From NCBI GenBank assembly GCA_037441705.1, contig JBBIRR010000020.1, positions 1-64,000 of the forward strand: 64,000 bases of DNA, written 5' to 3'. The notes under the pieces were generated by a model. It was not told the origin of the DNA, did no database searches, and saw nothing but the letters and a program-made list of their open reading frames with translations. Shown here in pieces: positions 62,710 through 64,000 of this stretch; positions within the stretch are counted from its first letter, which is position 1, and every line of letters starts with the position of its first letter. The stretch is from Ignavibacteriales bacterium. GTDB taxonomy: Bacteria; Bacteroidota; Ignavibacteria; UBA10030; UBA6906. Position numbers and translations under genes: made by a program.

Positions 62710-64000
62710 TCAGTGCTGCTTCTCGCTAAACTGCACGCTCTTCCATTGCGCAAAGAGATGCTTGCACCGATTGCGCTGGTATTTTCCGGTGGAGGTGACA
62801 GGAATGTCGTTGCCGAAGACGACTACCTTTGGCGTTTTCGCGAACGGTAAGTGTTTGCGGCAGTAGGCAATCACTTCCGCTTCTGAAAGCACGATCCCAT
62901 CTTTCGGTTTAACGTACGCTCCGACTTCCTCTCCATACCAATCATTGTCGAAGCCCACGGCGATGCCTGCTTGAACTCCCGGCATGTTCATGAGCACTTC
63001 GTCAATCTCGAAGGGAGAGATGTTGACGCCGCCGCGAATGATCAATTCCTTGATCCTTCCGGTAATGAAAAAGAACTTCCGCTCCTGATCGTCGTAACGG
63101 AAGAATCCCTCGTCACCGCTGCGGAACCACCCGTGTGCGAATGTCTTCTCGTTTGCTTCATCGTTCTGGAAGTAATGCTTCATCACGTTGTGGCCGCGGA
63201 TGACGATCTCGCCTTTCTCTCCTTCGCCTAACTCGTTCCCCTTCTCGTCGTGAATAGCCATGTCATTCACCGGCAGCGGCACTCCGATGGACGGAAAGCC
63301 ATATTTCGACATCCAGCGCTTATGCTCTTCGGGAGAGAGATCAATCGGCAGGAAGCAGGAATAGCAGGTTGTTTCGGAGAGGCCGTAGCCGTGAATGATG
63401 GGAATTTTGAACTCCTGCTCGAATTTCATCGCTAACTCGACGGTCAGCGGTCCGGCTCCGCAAATGATGTGGCGGAAATGGGCGAGCTTGTACGCTTCCA
63501 TGTTCAACTTTGCATGGAGGAGAAACTGCAGAATCGTCGGCACAACACTCACCACCGTAACCCGTTCGCCGCTGATGCGCTCGAAGAATTTATCGGGATG
63601 GAATTTTTGATTGAGGACGACGCCGCAGCCTGCATACAGCGGCGTCATCAGCGTCACGACCGTGCCGTTGACATGATGAATCGGCAGCACGCACATCATG
63701 CGCTGGTCGTCTGAAAGGCGATGCCACTCTGCGATCGCCATCGCATCCACCAGCAGATTGTATTGAACAAGCACCACACCCTTGGGCAAGCCCGTTGTGC
63801 CCGATGTGTAGACGATGAGCGCCTCGTCGAATCGGTCGGGTGTGTGCGGAGGGACGAAGCGCGTGGAATGCTTGTCCACCTCCTTCTTGAACACAGGGAG
63901 CGACGCGTCGACACAGGTGCCGCATTGCACGATCGTCCGCAACGCCGGCAATCTGTCCCGGATAGATTTGATCCGCTCGACAAACTGATCGCGTACGAAC
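62710..64000 (-). CDS. AMP-binding acyl-CoA synthetase family enzyme (5' end outside window)
   Basis: YTSGTTGLPKG, GYGLSET, FRSGD, GRIKELIIRGG, TSTGKYQR; frame is open to the window edge. Confidence 0.93.
   Translation of the reverse strand, partial: FVRDQFVERIKSIRDRLPALRTIVQCGTCVDASLPVFKKEVDKHSTRFVPPHTPDRFDEALIVYTSGTTGLPKGVVLVQYNLLVDAMAIAEWHRLSDDQRMMCVLPIHHVNGTVVTLMTPLYAGCGVVLNQKFHPDKFFERISGERVTVVSVVPTILQFLLHAKLNMEAYKLAHFRHIICGAGPLTVELAMKFEQEFKIPIIHGYGLSETTCYSCFLPIDLSPEEHKRWMSKYGFPSIGVPLPVNDMAIHDEKGNELGEGEKGEIVIRGHNVMKHYFQNDEANEKTFAHGWFRSGDEGFFRYDDQERKFFFITGRIKELIIRGGVNISPFEIDEVLMNMPGVQAGIAVGFDNDWYGEEVGAYVKPKDGIVLSEAEVIAYCRKHLPFAKTPKVVVFGNDIPVTSTGKYQRNRCKHLFAQWKSVQFSEKQH

Overview
Chromosomal window from a moderately GC-rich bacterium, most likely Ignavibacteria-like within the Bacteroidota-Chlorobi-Ignavibacteria (FCB) lineage. 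The inference rests on many T9SS C-terminal sorting domains, a PorV-family barrel and E. coli-type -35/-10 promoters. Housekeeping genes (rplQ, engB, serA, ssb, ggt, trmH, dsbD, pgi, add, hutU/hutI, split FTCD, rsmE, gcvP) surround a roughly 26 kb cell-surface region (4.8-30.4 kb). That region opens with a four-gene unit: DUF4397/CHRD lipoprotein, TonB-dependent receptor, large T9SS cargo with an atypical CTD, and a PorV/PorQ-family barrel. Six more T9SS cargo genes follow. The most striking observation is the lipoprotein: three CHRD N-halves are followed by three CHRD C-halves, all inside a split DUF4397 domain, consistent with a four-level nested ('matryoshka') domain insertion. Other notable items are a Tat-exported class-V PLP enzyme coupled to a lipoprotein RidA, an orphan T9SS CTD in frame behind an exonuclease stop codon, a hicBA islet with a duplicated dsbD 3' end, two further TA modules, an unannotated 49-aa membrane protein, and two inverted REP-mosaic clusters. 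No CRISPR array, rRNA or complete tRNA was seen. All family assignments come from motifs read by eye; no database search was run.
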